Positions 62,966-64,000 of a DNA stretch of 64,000 nt are shown in pieces; the stretch's first letter is position 1, and each line of letters opens with the position of its first letter. The notes beneath the pieces were generated by a model. That model was not told where the DNA came from, did not search any database, and saw nothing but the letters and a program-made list of their open reading frames with translations. The stretch lies in contig NC_043007.1 in NCBI RefSeq assembly GCF_006345805.1, positions 13,888,001 through 13,952,000 of the forward strand, read 5' to 3'. This DNA is from Octopus sinensis (lineage: Eukaryota). Both the position numbers and the translations under genes were made by a program.

Positions 62966-63892
62966 AAAGAGATTTAGCTGTTATATTTAACTAACTGAAT
63001 GACTAAATAAGGGTCCTTGAATGGGTTTACATACACACTTGCACAAATCACTGTGCGCGCGTGTGTGTGAGAAAAATGAAGAGAGGGACATAAGGCGGGA
63101 TATGTTGAGGTGTGTGTTGTACCTATAATAAGTCACTTAGAATGAATACCAGTTATATATAGTGGGAATTTTATAACAATCAATACTGAAATTACATCAT
63201 GAATAACTGGGTCCTATTTCTATTCTTTAAATCAATCACAAGATAAGTGCAAAGATGAGCAACATGGCCAAGAGGTTTACTCCAGAACTACATGGCTCTA
63301 AAATCAATCTTGATTTGGGGCATCTTAACCCAGAGTCCAGCAATCAACCATGTTTTATTTACATATATATTATATACCCACAGGTACACTATGTATGTGT
63401 CTTATTATATACTATGTAACTGAGCAGTCCAACAAATAAAAACTGATAAAATGCACTCCACATTAATGGGGGGTTGATGTGGTTGACTAAATTCCATGAA
63501 AGTAGCGTTGATGCATGTCTGCAGTCAAATAAATAGACATACCAATTTAAATAAATGCTTATAGTATGCGTGTGCGTGTGTATGTGTGTTAGGTGTACGC
63601 GCACACACACAAAATAACACAGCTCTAGATATATAATGCATGGGAAAACTAGGATGGACAGACATGAATGTATTTGATCATAGGTATGGCAAAACAACAA
63701 ATAACTAAAAAGAAACACCAATTATGTGGAAATATTTGTAGTTGATAAAGCGTAAATATATATATATAGACACACACAACACCATATATATTCTACACAC
63801 ACATACACTCAACACCATATATATTCTACACACACACAACACAAAAAATATATACATATACATACAAAGTATATAAAATTTATAAATCATCA

Positions 63893-63931
<39 letters not shown>

Positions 63932-64000
63932 TATAATAGAGTATGGTGTGTGTATATATATATATATATATAATTAAGCTTTGTTTAACAGTATGTGCAA

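Overview
AT-rich, repeat-saturated eukaryotic DNA, most likely intronic or intergenic sequence from an octopus (inferred from the SINE/MITE families and the very high (AT)n/(AC)n/(AG)n microsatellite load). No complete protein-coding gene, tRNA, rRNA or CRISPR array can be supported. Most of the supplied ORFs are translations of microsatellites or SINEs; only a few low-confidence candidate exons remain. The window holds at least five tRNA-type or LINE-tailed SINE families, TTAA-flanked piggyBac-type MITEs, hAT-type MITEs, four non-autonomous Helitrons, decayed LINE relics (RTE endonuclease and RT, CR1 3' end, HERO/NeSL-like 3' end), several fold-back palindromes, and tandem arrays with ABAB higher-order structure. 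The most interesting signal is a set of three type I hammerhead ribozyme-like motifs in two small Penelope-like, (TA)n-flanked element families (3960-4020 +, 41143-41205 +, 16149-16183 -). One of them lies inside a 62-bp inverted repeat that would base-pair with half of its own core. Family labels A, B, C, E and G are working names used only here. Repeat boundaries are approximate unless exact termini are quoted.
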